A DNA stretch of 64,000 nucleotides from Candidatus Multivoradales bacterium. GTDB taxonomy: Bacteria > Acidobacteriota > Thermoanaerobaculia > Multivoradales > Multivoraceae. A program made the position numbers and the translations under genes. Of the stretch, positions 52,462 through 62,386 are shown piece by piece. The notes under the pieces were generated by a model, which was not told the origin of the DNA, did not search any database, and saw only the letters and a list, made by a program, of their open reading frames with translations. The stretch spans positions 96,001 through 160,000 of the forward strand of contig CBDCWI010000001.1 of the NCBI GenBank assembly GCA_965223325.1. The letters are read 5' to 3'. The stretch's first letter is position 1. Every line of letters starts with the position of its first letter.

Positions 52462-53964
52462 ATGAATGCCACAAGTCTCTCTGCAACTCCCTGGGGCGCC
52501 GAAGCGCGCCTGGTCGAGGTCGAGGTCGATGTCCGCAACGGCATCCCCGCGACCCACCTCGTCGGTCTCGGCGACACTGCGGTACGTGAAAGTCGCGATC
52601 GGGTGATCGCGGCCATCGGTAACTCGGGCTTCGAGCTCGAACAACGACGGAATGTGATCAACCTGGCCCCGGCCGACCTGCGCAAGGAGGGCAATCACCT
52701 CGATCTGGCGATTGCCGTCACCATGCTGGCGGCGCACGACATGATTCCTGCTTCGGTCCTCGAGGGGCGGCTCCTGGCCGGTGAGCTCGGCCTCGACGGC
52801 TCTGTGCGACCGGTCCGTGGGTCACTGGCGATCGCCGAGGTGGCCCGCCAGCATGGCGTTGCCGAAGTGCTCTTGCCGCGTGAGTCTGCCTTTCAGGCGG
52901 CACACCTCGACGACGTACGCGTCCTCGCGGTGCGCGATCTGGCCGAGGCGATCGCCCATTTGCTCGGCAAGCAAGAACTCGCTCCGGTCACTCCCTCGCC
53001 GCCCCGCGCCACCGCGGAGCCGGTTCCTGATCTGGCCGATGTCCGCGGGCAGGAGACGGCCCGGCGGGCACTCGAGATCGCCGCCGCCGGCGGGCACAAT
53101 CTGCTCCTCGTCGGGCCTCCGGGAACCGGCAAGACGATGCTCGCCAGTCGCCTGCCCGGCATCATGCCACCGCTCAACACCGCCGAGGCGATCGAGATCA
53201 CGCGCATTCACTCGCTGGTGGAATCGGTTCCGCGACGCGACCTGCACCAACACCGGCCGTTCAGGGCTCCACACACGAGTGTCAGCACCGCCGCGCTGGT
53301 GGGTGGCGGCTCGGTGCCGCGTCCTGGCGAGGTGAGCCTGGCACACGGCGGGGTGCTGTTTCTCGATGAGTTTCCCGAGTTTCGCCGCGATGCTCTCGAG
53401 GCACTACGCCAGCCCGTCGAAGACGGCACCGTGACCGTTGTGCGCATGCGCGCCCGGGCGTCCTACCCCGCCCGCTTCATCCTGGCAGCTGCGATGAACC
53501 CATGCCCGTGCGGGCACTTCGGGAGCGACGACGGCTCGTGCCGCTGCCCCACCGAAGTTGTAGCGCGCTATCGAGGTCGCATTTCAGGGCCGCTCCTCGA
53601 CCGCATCGATCTGCACGTCGAGCTGCCGGCGGTGAGCTGGCGGGCGCTGCGCGGCGCGGGTGGGGAGCCATCTGTGGCGGTCGCCGAACGCGTTTCCAAG
53701 GCGCGCACCCACCAGCGGAAACGCTTTCCCAGGAGGCACGCAACGCCCTGGAACGCCGCCCTCGACCGCGACGGCCTCGAACAGCACGCACAGCTCGGCG
53801 AGCAGGCCGAACGGCTCCTCCAACGCGCCTTCCTCACCCTGCCCCTATCGGCGCGCGGCGTCGACCGCGTGCTGCGGGTCGCGAGAACCCTCGCCGATCT
53901 GGAGGGTGAGGGTGCGATTGCGACCCGTCACGTTGCTGAAGCGCTGCACTATCGACCGTCGTAG
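52462..53964 (+). CDS. comM: YifB/ComM Mg-chelatase-like AAA+ ATPase
   Basis: INLAPADLRKEG, GELGLDG, GPPGTGKTM, RPGEVSLAHGGVLFLDE, AAMNPCPCG, ISGPLLDRID. Confidence 0.92.
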   Translation: MNATSLSATPWGAEARLVEVEVDVRNGIPATHLVGLGDTAVRESRDRVIAAIGNSGFELEQRRNVINLAPADLRKEGNHLDLAIAVTMLAAHDMIPASVLEGRLLAGELGLDGSVRPVRGSLAIAEVARQHGVAEVLLPRESAFQAAHLDDVRVLAVRDLAEAIAHLLGKQELAPVTPSPPRATAEPVPDLADVRGQETARRALEIAAAGGHNLLLVGPPGTGKTMLASRLPGIMPPLNTAEAIEITRIHSLVESVPRRDLHQHRPFRAPHTSVSTAALVGGGSVPRPGEVSLAHGGVLFLDEFPEFRRDALEALRQPVEDGTVTVVRMRARASYPARFILAAAMNPCPCGHFGSDDGSCRCPTEVVARYRGRISGPLLDRIDLHVELPAVSWRALRGAGGEPSVAVAERVSKARTHQRKRFPRRHATPWNAALDRDGLEQHAQLGEQAERLLQRAFLTLPLSARGVDRVLRVARTLADLEGEGAIATRHVAEALHYRPS

Positions 53965-53983
53965 CCTCGACGTACCAGCGCCC

Positions 53984-54078
53984 TATGCTGAATCAGCATA
54001 AGTCGATTCACTTCAACACCTACGTGACTCTGCGGTATGGTGACCGTTCTTGACACAAGTCGCTCGGAGCGACAGGAT
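53984..54078 (+). promoter_or_regulatory. Putative M23 gene promoter with two perfect palindromes
   Basis: TATGCTGA-A-TCAGCATA (53984-54000); TTGACA(54050)-N17-CAGGAT with GTCGCTC-G-GAGCGAC in the spacer. Confidence 0.5.
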
Positions 54079-54315
54079 TGCAGCCTCGCCTCCGGAGGGA
54101 GGGGAGGTCTGCTTTACAGTCTTGTCGTCTCATCTCGTGGCCCGCTCCGTTTGGGTGTGGACGCCCCCGCAGCGAGGTTCCTGGAACTGGCTTTCGCCAC
54201 CTCTGAAAGTCGTTTGTCGGAGCCCACTTGCCAAGGCGTTGTCCGGCAGAGCATCCCGGTGACCAACCGGTGGCCATGAGGAGTTCTGTCCGGTCCGCCT
54301 ACCGAAGGTACGTCA

Positions 54316-55215
54316 ATGGGTCTCAAGTACCACACCATCATCGTCGTTCCCCATTCGCGCGCGCGTTTCCGCAAGTGGCGAGTCAGCAACCGCCAGCTCA
54401 AGCTCGCCGTCGCCACCGTCGCCGTGCTCACGCTCGCCGCCGGCTTCTTGACCTGGTCCTGGTTCGACACCTCGGTGAACCACGGCGAACTGGCGCGCCT
54501 GCGCACCGAGAACGAGCAGCTGCGCACGATCAACGATTCTTTCGAAGGTAGCGTGCGTGACCTGCAGCAGCAGCTCAGCAGCTACGAAGACCGCACCGCC
54601 GAACTCGCCATCGTCGCTGGACTCGAAGAGGTCCCCTCGACCGCCGGTCGCGTTGCCGGCTCGAACTCCGGTGCCGGCGGTACCGAAGACGTAAGCGCCA
54701 CCCGCTTCGACCTCGACCTCTTCGCTGAGCGCGCCGACCAACTCGACGAACAGCTCGACCTGGTCAGTTCAAAGCTCGAGGAGCGCTCGCTCTACATTTC
54801 GCGAACCCCGGCCATCATGCCGGTACGCGGCGTCTTCACCAGCCGCTATGGCTACCGCCGCGACCCGATCACCTCGAAGCGCGCCTACCACCAGGGCGTC
54901 GACATCTCAGCCCAGAAGGGTCGCCCGGTCTTCGCCACCGCCGACGGAGTCGTGACCAAGGCCGGACGCAACGGCAGCCTCGGGCGCGCCGTCTACCTTT
55001 CACACGGCTTCGGCCTGTCGACCCGCTACGGTCACCTCGACAAGCTCAACGTCGCTCCCGGCCAGAAGGTCCAACGCGGTGACGTGATCGGCTTTGTTGG
55101 CAACTCCGGGCGCTCGACCGGCTACCACCTGCACTACGAAGTGCGAGCGGACAACAAGGCCCTCGACCCGATGGGCTACATCCTCGATCTCCCGCGCGCC
55201 AAGCGCCGCGGCTGA
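54316..55215 (+). CDS. M23 family metallopeptidase (TM, coiled coil, LytM domain)
   Basis: HQGVD, YGHL, GRSTGYHLHYEV. Confidence 0.94.
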   Translation: MGLKYHTIIVVPHSRARFRKWRVSNRQLKLAVATVAVLTLAAGFLTWSWFDTSVNHGELARLRTENEQLRTINDSFEGSVRDLQQQLSSYEDRTAELAIVAGLEEVPSTAGRVAGSNSGAGGTEDVSATRFDLDLFAERADQLDEQLDLVSSKLEERSLYISRTPAIMPVRGVFTSRYGYRRDPITSKRAYHQGVDISAQKGRPVFATADGVVTKAGRNGSLGRAVYLSHGFGLSTRYGHLDKLNVAPGQKVQRGDVIGFVGNSGRSTGYHLHYEVRADNKALDPMGYILDLPRAKRRG

Positions 55216-55651
55216 GTTCATGCCGAGCGCCACCCCCATCGCCCTCTCGATCGTGCGGGCGCGGGCGGCGGCAGAAGGCTCAGAACCCCCACCGAGGCCG
55301 CCAGCGCAGGCGGCCTCGCCTGCGTTAGGATTCTGCCAGTGCACCGGCGCATCCTGGGATAGTTGCCTGACGGCACACCCTCCCCCTGGCGCGCAACCAC
55401 GACGAACCGGGCCCAGCCACTCCGGCAAGGGGACATTCCTCCGCCATAGGGGCAAGAGCCTGATGCGTTGCTGGGATCATCTCGGGGCCTCGTCGCTCTT
55501 CTTGCGATACCAAGGCGGTCACCGCCAGCCAACCGTCGCCCTGCGGCTTCGGAGGCGTGGCGGCGAAGCGCTACCCGAACGCCGCCGGAACCCCTGGCCC
55601 ATCGCTTCCCCCCGAGAATCCTTCCCCCGAACCCCGAACGAGAACTGAAAC

Positions 55652-58411
55652 ATGGGCGTTTTGACCAAGGTCTTTGGAACCAAACACGAACGCGAAGTCA
55701 AGCGGCTACAACCGAAGGTCGACGCGATCAACGCGCTCGAGGCTCGTTTCGAGGCCCTCTCCGACGAACAGCTGCGCGAGAAGACGGTCGAGTTCCGCGC
55801 CCAGCTCGAGACCGGCACCGCGCTCGATGACCTCCTGGTTCCCGCCTTCGCGGTGACCCGCGAGGCGGCCAAGCGGGTTCTCGGCATGCGCCACTACGAC
55901 GTCCAGCTGGTCGGCGGCATCGTTCTCCATCAGGGCAAGATCGCCGAGATGAAGACCGGTGAGGGTAAGACCCTGGTCGCAACCCTGCCGGTCTACCTGA
56001 ACGCCCTCACCGGCCGCGGCGTGCACGTCGTCACGGTGAACGACTACCTCGCCCAGCGCGACGCTCAGTGGATGGGCCAGGTCTACCGCTTCCTCGGGCT
56101 CGAAGTCGGCTGCATCGTGCACGGCCTCGATCCCGACGATCGCCGCCGCGCCTACGCCGCGGATGTCACTTACGGCACCAACAACGAGATCGGCTTCGAC
56201 TACCTGCGCGACAACATGGCGATCTCGCGCGACCGCATGGTGCAGCGCGAACACCACTATGCGATCGTCGACGAGGTCGACTCGATCCTGGTCGATGAGG
56301 CACGCACTCCGCTGATCATCTCGGGTCCCTCCGAGGAGTCGGTCGACAAGTACTACTCGATCGACCGCATCATCCCCAAGCTCGAACGCGGCGAGGAGAT
56401 CGAAGAGGGTGATCACAAGTACACCACCGGCGACTTCATCATCGACGAAAAGAATCACACCGCCACGCTCACCGAAGAAGGCGCCGAGAAGGTCGAGAAG
56501 ATCCTCGGCATCGGCAACCTCTTCGACATGGAGAACGTCGAGATCCTGCACGGCGTCAACCAGGGGCTGCGCGCACATCATCTGTACAAGCGTGACGTCA
56601 ACTATCTGGTCATGGACGGCCAGGTGGTCATCGTCGACGAATTCACCGGGCGCATGATGCCGGGCCGCCGCTGGTCTGATGGCCTCCACCAGGCAGTCGA
56701 GGCCAAAGAGGGGGTCAAGATCGAGCAAGAGAACCAGACTCTCGCCACGATCACCTACCAGAACCTCTTCCGCGGCTACGAGAAGCTCGCTGGCATGACC
56801 GGCACCGCCGATACGGAGGCGACCGAGTTCGGCGAGATCTACAAACTCGAGGTGGTCGTCATCCCGACCAACCTGCCCATCGCTCGCGACGACCGCGAAG
56901 ACTTCATCTTCGGAACGACTCCCGAGAAGTGGAACGCGGTGGCCGACGAGATCGAAGAATGCCAGGCCAAGGGGCAGCCCGTCCTCGTTGGCACGGTCTC
57001 GATCGAGAAGAGCGAGATGATCTCGAAGCTGCTCAAGAAGCGGCGCGTGCCGCACGTGGTTCTCAACGCCAAGCACCACCAGAAGGAAGCCAGCATCGTC
57101 GCCCAGGCGGGCCGCTTGGGCTCGGTCACCATCGCCACCAACATGGCCGGCCGCGGAACCGACATCGTCCTTGGTGGCAACGCCGAACAGCTCGCCGCTA
57201 TGGAGGCCGACCCGCAGGAAGATCCCGAGGGTCACGCCGCCGCACTCGCGAAGTTGGAGGTGTCGACCAAGGAGGAGCGCGAAAAGGTTCTCGAGGCCGG
57301 CGGTCTCCACATTCTCGGTACTGAACGCCACGAGTCCCGACGCATCGACAACCAGCTGCGCGGCCGCTCAGGTCGTCAGGGTGACCCCGGCTCGTCACGC
57401 TTCTTCCTGTCGCTCGAAGACGACCTGATGCGGATCTTCGCCAACGAGCGCATGCAGGCGCTGATGCAGCGCTGGGGGCTCGAGGACGGCGTGCCCATCG
57501 AGTCGCGCATGGTGAGTCGGGCGATTGAAAGCGCGCAAACCAAGGTCGAAGCGCGCAACTTCGAGATTCGCAAGAACCTGCTCGAGTACGACGACGTCAT
57601 GAACATGCAGCGCGAAGCCATCTACGGCCTGCGCCGCGACGTACTCGACGGCAAAGAGGGTCGCGACTACATCTTGCGCACCGCCCGTGACGTCGTCGAC
57701 TACATCATCGAGAGCAACTGCCCCGAGAAGGACGACCCCGCCGACTGGGACCTTGCCAGCGTACACAACGAGGTCACGGCCTACTTCGACGTCGATGTTT
57801 CGGAGATTGCCAACGAGCCCGGTCAGTACGGCACCGAAGACCTGCAGGAGCTGATCTGGGAACGCTCCCTGGCCCGTTACGAAGAGAAGGAGAACGAGTA
57901 CGACGAGGAGGACTGGCGCTGGGCCGAGAAGCGCGTTCTGCTCACCACGATCGATCGCTCCTGGAAGGATCACCTGCTCGCACTCGATCACCTCCGCGAA
58001 GGCATCGGCCTGCGCGGCTATGCCCAGCGGGATCCCAAGAACGAGTACAAGCGCGAGAGCTACGACCTCTTCCAGTCGATGAAGGAACGCATTGAGGACA
58101 CGGCGCTCAAGACCATCTGGCGCCTACAGCCCATCACCAGCGAACAGCGTGAGGAACTCGCCCGTCGCATGCGTCAGCGCCCGCGCGGCCTGACCCTCAA
58201 CAAGCCAGCCGTGGCCGGCATGGCCGGGGTTTCGACCGACACCGCCCCGTCTTCAGGTCAACCACCGCAGATACGCAACCAGGCCGCGGCCGGAGGCGGA
58301 ACTCCAGGACCGCCCGTCACCATCGTGCGCAACGAACCCAAGGTCGGCCGCAACGAGCCTTGCCCCTGCGGTTCCGGCAAGAAGTACAAGAAGTGCCACG
58401 GCAGAGCCTGA
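55652..58411 (+). CDS. secA: Preprotein translocase ATPase SecA
   Basis: [53 protein letters not shown] motif [14 protein letters not shown]. Confidence 0.99.
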   Translation: MGVLTKVFGTKHEREVKRLQPKVDAINALEARFEALSDEQLREKTVEFRAQLETGTALDDLLVPAFAVTREAAKRVLGMRHYDVQLVGGIVLHQGKIAEMKTGEGKTLVATLPVYLNALTGRGVHVVTVNDYLAQRDAQWMGQVYRFLGLEVGCIVHGLDPDDRRRAYAADVTYGTNNEIGFDYLRDNMAISRDRMVQREHHYAIVDEVDSILVDEARTPLIISGPSEESVDKYYSIDRIIPKLERGEEIEEGDHKYTTGDFIIDEKNHTATLTEEGAEKVEKILGIGNLFDMENVEILHGVNQGLRAHHLYKRDVNYLVMDGQVVIVDEFTGRMMPGRRWSDGLHQAVEAKEGVKIEQENQTLATITYQNLFRGYEKLAGMTGTADTEATEFGEIYKLEVVVIPTNLPIARDDREDFIFGTTPEKWNAVADEIEECQAKGQPVLVGTVSIEKSEMISKLLKKRRVPHVVLNAKHHQKEASIVAQAGRLGSVTIATNMAGRGTDIVLGGNAEQLAAMEADPQEDPEGHAAALAKLEVSTKEEREKVLEAGGLHILGTERHESRRIDNQLRGRSGRQGDPGSSRFFLSLEDDLMRIFANERMQALMQRWGLEDGVPIESRMVSRAIESAQTKVEARNFEIRKNLLEYDDVMNMQREAIYGLRRDVLDGKEGRDYILRTARDVVDYIIESNCPEKDDPADWDLASVHNEVTAYFDVDVSEIANEPGQYGTEDLQELIWERSLARYEEKENEYDEEDWRWAEKRVLLTTIDRSWKDHLLALDHLREGIGLRGYAQRDPKNEYKRESYDLFQSMKERIEDTALKTIWRLQPITSEQREELARRMRQRPRGLTLNKPAVAGMAGVSTDTAPSSGQPPQIRNQAAAGGGTPGPPVTIVRNEPKVGRNEPCPCGSGKKYKKCHGRA

Positions 58412-58456
58412 ACCTCTAGCAGACCACCAGACCCCCAAAGACCCCCGGACGTATCG

Positions 58457-59938
58457 ATGAGCCGCAGCCAAGACCCCCTTCTCCCCCCGCTCGCCCTGAC
58501 CTTCGACGACGTCCTCTTGCGTCCCGGCATGTCCGAGATTCATCCGAACGACATCTCGCTCAAAACCCGCATCTGCCGCGGGATCGACCTCAACGTGCCT
58601 ATCGTCTCGGCAGCGATGGACACGGTGACGGAGTCGAGCCTGGCCATTGCCATCGCCCAGGAAGGCGGCATTGGCGTGGTCCACAAGAACCTCTCGGTCG
58701 CCGAACAGGCCGCGCAAGTAGACAAGGTCAAGCGCTCCGAGGCGGGCATGATCGTCGACCCGATCACCATGCGGCCCGACCAGAAGATCCAGGAAGCCCT
58801 CGATCTGATGGCGAACTACAAGATCTCGGGCCTACCTGTAACCGACGACGAGGGGCGCCTCGTCGGCATCCTTACCAACCGCGACCTACGCTTCGAAACC
58901 GAGGTCGACCGCCACGTGCGTGACCTGATGACCTCCGAGAACCTGGTCACGGTTCCAGAGGGCACCACCCTCGAAGAGGCCAAGGCCACCCTCCATCGCC
59001 ATCGCATCGAAAAACTGCTGGTGGTCGACGACGACGGCAACCTCCAGGGACTGATCACGGTCAAAGACATTCAGAAGATGCAGAAGTATCCGAGCGCTTG
59101 CAAAGACGCCCTCGGTCGCTTGCGGGTCGCAGCCGCGGTGGGCGCTTCCGGAGACTTCCTCGAACGCGCAGCGGCGCTGGTCGAGTCGAAGGTCGACATG
59201 TTGGTCCTCGATTCTTCGCACGCCCACAGCCGCGGTGTTCTCGACGCACTCGAAACCCTGCGCGAGGAGTTCCCCGCCGCCAAGCTGATGGTCGGCAACG
59301 TCTCGACCGGTGAGGGCGCCAGGGCGCTCGCGGAGCGTGGCGCAGACGCGGTCAAGGTAGGAATCGGCCCCGGCTCGATTTGCACGACCCGCATCGTGAC
59401 CGGAGCGGGCATGCCACAGATCACCGCCATCAACAGCGTGGCGCGTGAGCTCGAAGATGACAACATCCCCATCTGTGCCGACGGCGGCCTACGCTTTTCA
59501 GGCGATCTCACCAAGGCCCTGGCGGCCGGCGGTCACTCTGTGATGATCGGTTCTCTGCTCGCCGGTACCGAGGAGAGCCCGGGCGAGACCATTCTCTACC
59601 AGGGTCGCACCTACAAGGCCTACCGCGGCATGGGTTCGCTCTCGGCGATGAGCCGCGGCAGCGCCGACCGCTACTTCCAGGAGTCTGAGAACGGGCTCAG
59701 CAAGTTGGTTCCAGAAGGAATCGAAGGCATGGTGCCCTACAAGGGCAGCATGCACCAGATGATTCTCCAGCTCACCGGGGGCCTACGAGCCGGCATGGGA
59801 CTCTCCGGCTGCGCCAGCATCGACGACCTGCGCACCGCCTCCACCCTGGTCCGCGTGACCTCCGCAGGCCACAAAGAGGGCCACGCCCACGACGTCACGA
59901 TCACCAAAGAAGCTCCAAACTACTGGGTCGAGAGCTAG
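58457..59938 (+). CDS. guaB: IMP dehydrogenase
   Basis: [19 protein letters not shown] pair, [25 protein letters not shown]. Confidence 0.98.
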   Translation: MSRSQDPLLPPLALTFDDVLLRPGMSEIHPNDISLKTRICRGIDLNVPIVSAAMDTVTESSLAIAIAQEGGIGVVHKNLSVAEQAAQVDKVKRSEAGMIVDPITMRPDQKIQEALDLMANYKISGLPVTDDEGRLVGILTNRDLRFETEVDRHVRDLMTSENLVTVPEGTTLEEAKATLHRHRIEKLLVVDDDGNLQGLITVKDIQKMQKYPSACKDALGRLRVAAAVGASGDFLERAAALVESKVDMLVLDSSHAHSRGVLDALETLREEFPAAKLMVGNVSTGEGARALAERGADAVKVGIGPGSICTTRIVTGAGMPQITAINSVARELEDDNIPICADGGLRFSGDLTKALAAGGHSVMIGSLLAGTEESPGETILYQGRTYKAYRGMGSLSAMSRGSADRYFQESENGLSKLVPEGIEGMVPYKGSMHQMILQLTGGLRAGMGLSGCASIDDLRTASTLVRVTSAGHKEGHAHDVTITKEAPNYWVES

Positions 59939-60048
59939 CGCGCCCCGTGGTGTCCGGCCCCTGGGTAGGCGGGCCTCGTTAGGTTGATCCGGGCTGCGGA
60001 GTCACGACCTTGCGGTGTCGACAAGTCGTTTACCACGGGGCGCGCTAG
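59935..60048. mobile_element. Putative MITE: 13-bp TIRs flanked by CTAG on both sides
   Basis: CTAG-CGCGCCCCGTGGT ... ACCACGGGGCGCG-CTAG; 106-bp interior; no transposase in the window. Confidence 0.55.
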
Positions 60049-61337
60049 CCATCACATTGGCCGCTCAAGCGGTCCGCCGCGCGGGCCGCCCTCGAAAGCG
60101 CTCGCCCTGCACCCGCGATCCCAGACTGCGTTGATCCGTCGCGAGCGGCGGATTCGTGGCGTCAGCGCAACCCATTCCCGGAGACCGTGGTGTCCGGCCC
60201 CTGGGTAGGCGGGCCTCGTTAGGTTGATCCGGGCTGCGGAGTCACGACCTTGCGGTGTCGACAAGTCGTTTACCACGGGGCGCGCTAGCCATCACATTGG
60301 CCGCTCAAGCGGTCCGCCGCGCGGGCCGCCCTCGAAAGTGCTCGCCCTGCACCCGCGATCCCAGACTGCGTTGATCCGTCGCGAGCGGCGGATTCGTGGC
60401 GTCAGCGCAACCCATTCCCGGAGACCGTGGTGTCCGGCCCCTGTGTACGCGGGCCTCGTTAGGTTGATCCGGGCTGCGGAGTCACGACCTTGCGGTGTCG
60501 ACAAGTCGTTTACCACGGGGCGCGCTAGCCATCACATTGGCCGCTCAAGCGGTCCGCCGCGCGGGCCGCCCTCGAAAGCGCTCGCTCTGCACCCGCGATC
60601 CCAGACTGCGTTGATCCGTCGCGAGCGGCGGATTCGTGGCGTCAGCGCAACCCATTCCCGGAGACCGTGGTTTTCCGGCCCCTGGGTAGGCGGGCCTCGT
60701 TAGGTTGATCCGGGCTGCGGAGTCACGACCTTGCGGTGTCGACAAGTCGTTTACCACGGGGCGCGCTAGCCATCACATTGGCCGCTCAAGCGGTCCGCCG
60801 CGCGGGCCGCCCTCGAAACGGGGCGCGCTAGCCATCACATTGGCCGCTCAAGCGGTCCGCCGCGCGGGCCGCCCTCGAAAGCGCTCGCTCTGCACCCGCG
60901 ATCCCAGACTGCGTTGATCCGTCGCGAGCGGCGGATTCGTGGCGTCAGCGCAACCCATTCCCGGAGACAAGTCGTTTACCACGGGGCGCGCTAGCCATCA
61001 CATTGGCCGCTCCGCCGCGCGGGCCGCCCTCGAAAGCGCTCGTCTGCACCCGCGATCCCAGACTGCGTTGATCCGTCGCGAGCGGCGGATTCGTGGCGTC
61101 AGCGCAACCCATTCCCGGAGACCGTGGTGTCCGGCCCCTGTGTACGCGGGCCTCGTTAGGTTGATCCGGGCTGCGGAGTCACGACCTTGCGGTGTCGACA
61201 AGTCGTTTACCACGGGGCGCGCTAGCCATCACATTGGCCGCTCAAGCGGTCCGCCGCGCGGGCCGCCCTCGAAAGTGCTCGCCCTGCACCCGCGATCCCA
61301 GACTGCGTTGATCCGTCGCGAGCGGCGGATTCGTGGC
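59945..61337. repeat. Tandem array of a 240-bp structured unit (3 intact and 3 rearranged copies)
   Basis: Units 59945-60184, 60185-60424, 60425-60664, 60665-60967 (+1 bp, +62-bp internal duplication), 60968-61121 (-77, -8, -1 bp), 61122-61337 (lacks last 24 bp). Confidence 0.97.
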
Positions 61338-61762
61338 ACCCCGCCAAGACCCCGCCGACCTCCCCGGCCCCCCGCCCTCAACGAGAACCCCTGTCCGGCA
61401 GAAAGCCGCGTCCGTCGCCCAACGCGGATGGGCCGCTTCAATTGAGTAGCGCGGAGTGCACGAGGGCGCCTGGGCAACGGTCCAGGGCTCTCTCGACGGC
61501 CGCTCTGGTAGAGCTCTCGCAGTCGAGAACGACATGCGGCCATCGAGCGAAGGCGGCGCTACCCATGGCAGTCCGAACAAGCGCCGCCGTGCCCAGGACC
61601 GTCGCCCAAGCGTCCTCGTGCACGTCAATCCCGCCCCAAACCAACCATCATCCACCAGGAGAACAAGAACCTGTACAACCGAGAAAGCGGCAAGGGTAGA
61701 GATCGAGTCCCCCCATCGCGGGCCGACCGATCCGCCGGATCCACACCATCGATCAGCGGCGG

Positions 61763-62386
61763 CTAAGAGTCGCCGTTCTGATGAACACCCCGCACCGCGG
61801 CCACAGTCTGGTCGGCGATCTTGGCGATCGGTGTGTCGAGCTCGAAGGCCTCGAGCCAGAGGTGGGCGCCGTCGGAGGCGCGCACAACCTCGACCAGCAG
61901 CTGCCAACGCTCCTCGCGCTCGAAGACCCGCCCGCTGACGACCGAGTCGGCGCCGAGCTCGCGATGTAGTCGCCGGAGTTCGCGGCTGCGGTCGCCTCCT
62001 GCGGTCACGCGGAACGAACGCGTGGCGGCCGGCCCGAGAACCAGAAGCCGCTGCTGTCCGGCCCGACCCGGCGCACCGAGGCGCGCCACCAGGGCACCGG
62101 CGAAGGAACTCACCTCGCTCTCCTCGAGTGCCTCCCGGAGGGCGAGCAGGTTCTCCTCTCCTCGACCTCCCTGCAAAGCGAACCCATCGAATGGCAGCAC
62201 CGCCACAGTCGGTGTCCGCCGCGGCTCAGGCAGCGGTGCCGCCTCCTCACGCGGGAGCTCCGGCTGCCCTCCTAGCCACAGCACAGTCCCGATCGTGAGG
62301 ACAGCCAGTGCCAGCGACGCCACCGACCAGGTCGCCAGCTGATAGCTACCGGCCGCGCGCCGGCGCCGTCGACTCGTCGTTGTCAC
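61763..62386 (-). CDS. Hypothetical membrane-anchored protein with TolB-N-like domain
   Basis: TM helix, then TVAVLPF..LGADSVVSGRV..DGAHLW; coupled to the upstream gene. Confidence 0.7.
   Translation of the reverse strand: MTTTSRRRRRAAGSYQLATWSVASLALAVLTIGTVLWLGGQPELPREEAAPLPEPRRTPTVAVLPFDGFALQGGRGEENLLALREALEESEVSSFAGALVARLGAPGRAGQQRLLVLGPAATRSFRVTAGGDRSRELRRLHRELGADSVVSGRVFEREERWQLLVEVVRASDGAHLWLEAFELDTPIAKIADQTVAAVRGVHQNGDS

Noticed and set aside
52462-53964. comM (and radC) as mobile-element integration hotspots
   Set aside because: Both ORFs are intact; no integrase or att-like duplication seen
53984-54315. c-di-AMP (ydaO) riboswitch suggested by GCTGAATC
   Set aside because: The rest of the consensus is absent; the motif is part of a perfect DNA palindrome upstream of the putative promoter
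55706-57331. Long antisense ORFs (also 4126-5484, 10046-11380, 15439-16599, 40026-41162, 42013-43479)
   Set aside because: Shadow frames of strongly GC3-biased genes; no recognisable motifs
59945-61337. CRISPR array interpretation of the repeat region
   Set aside because: Units are 240 bp and near-identical throughout; no unique spacers and no cas genes
59984-61445. 70-168-aa ORFs on both strands inside the array
   Set aside because: No SD, composition typical of GC-rich non-coding DNA, and broken by indels in units 4-5; continuity follows from 240 being divisible by 3
61438-61750. Minus-strand frame with an in-frame TGA (possible readthrough or selenoprotein)
   Set aside because: No homology cue, no Cys/Sec redox motif and no evident SECIS; probably non-coding
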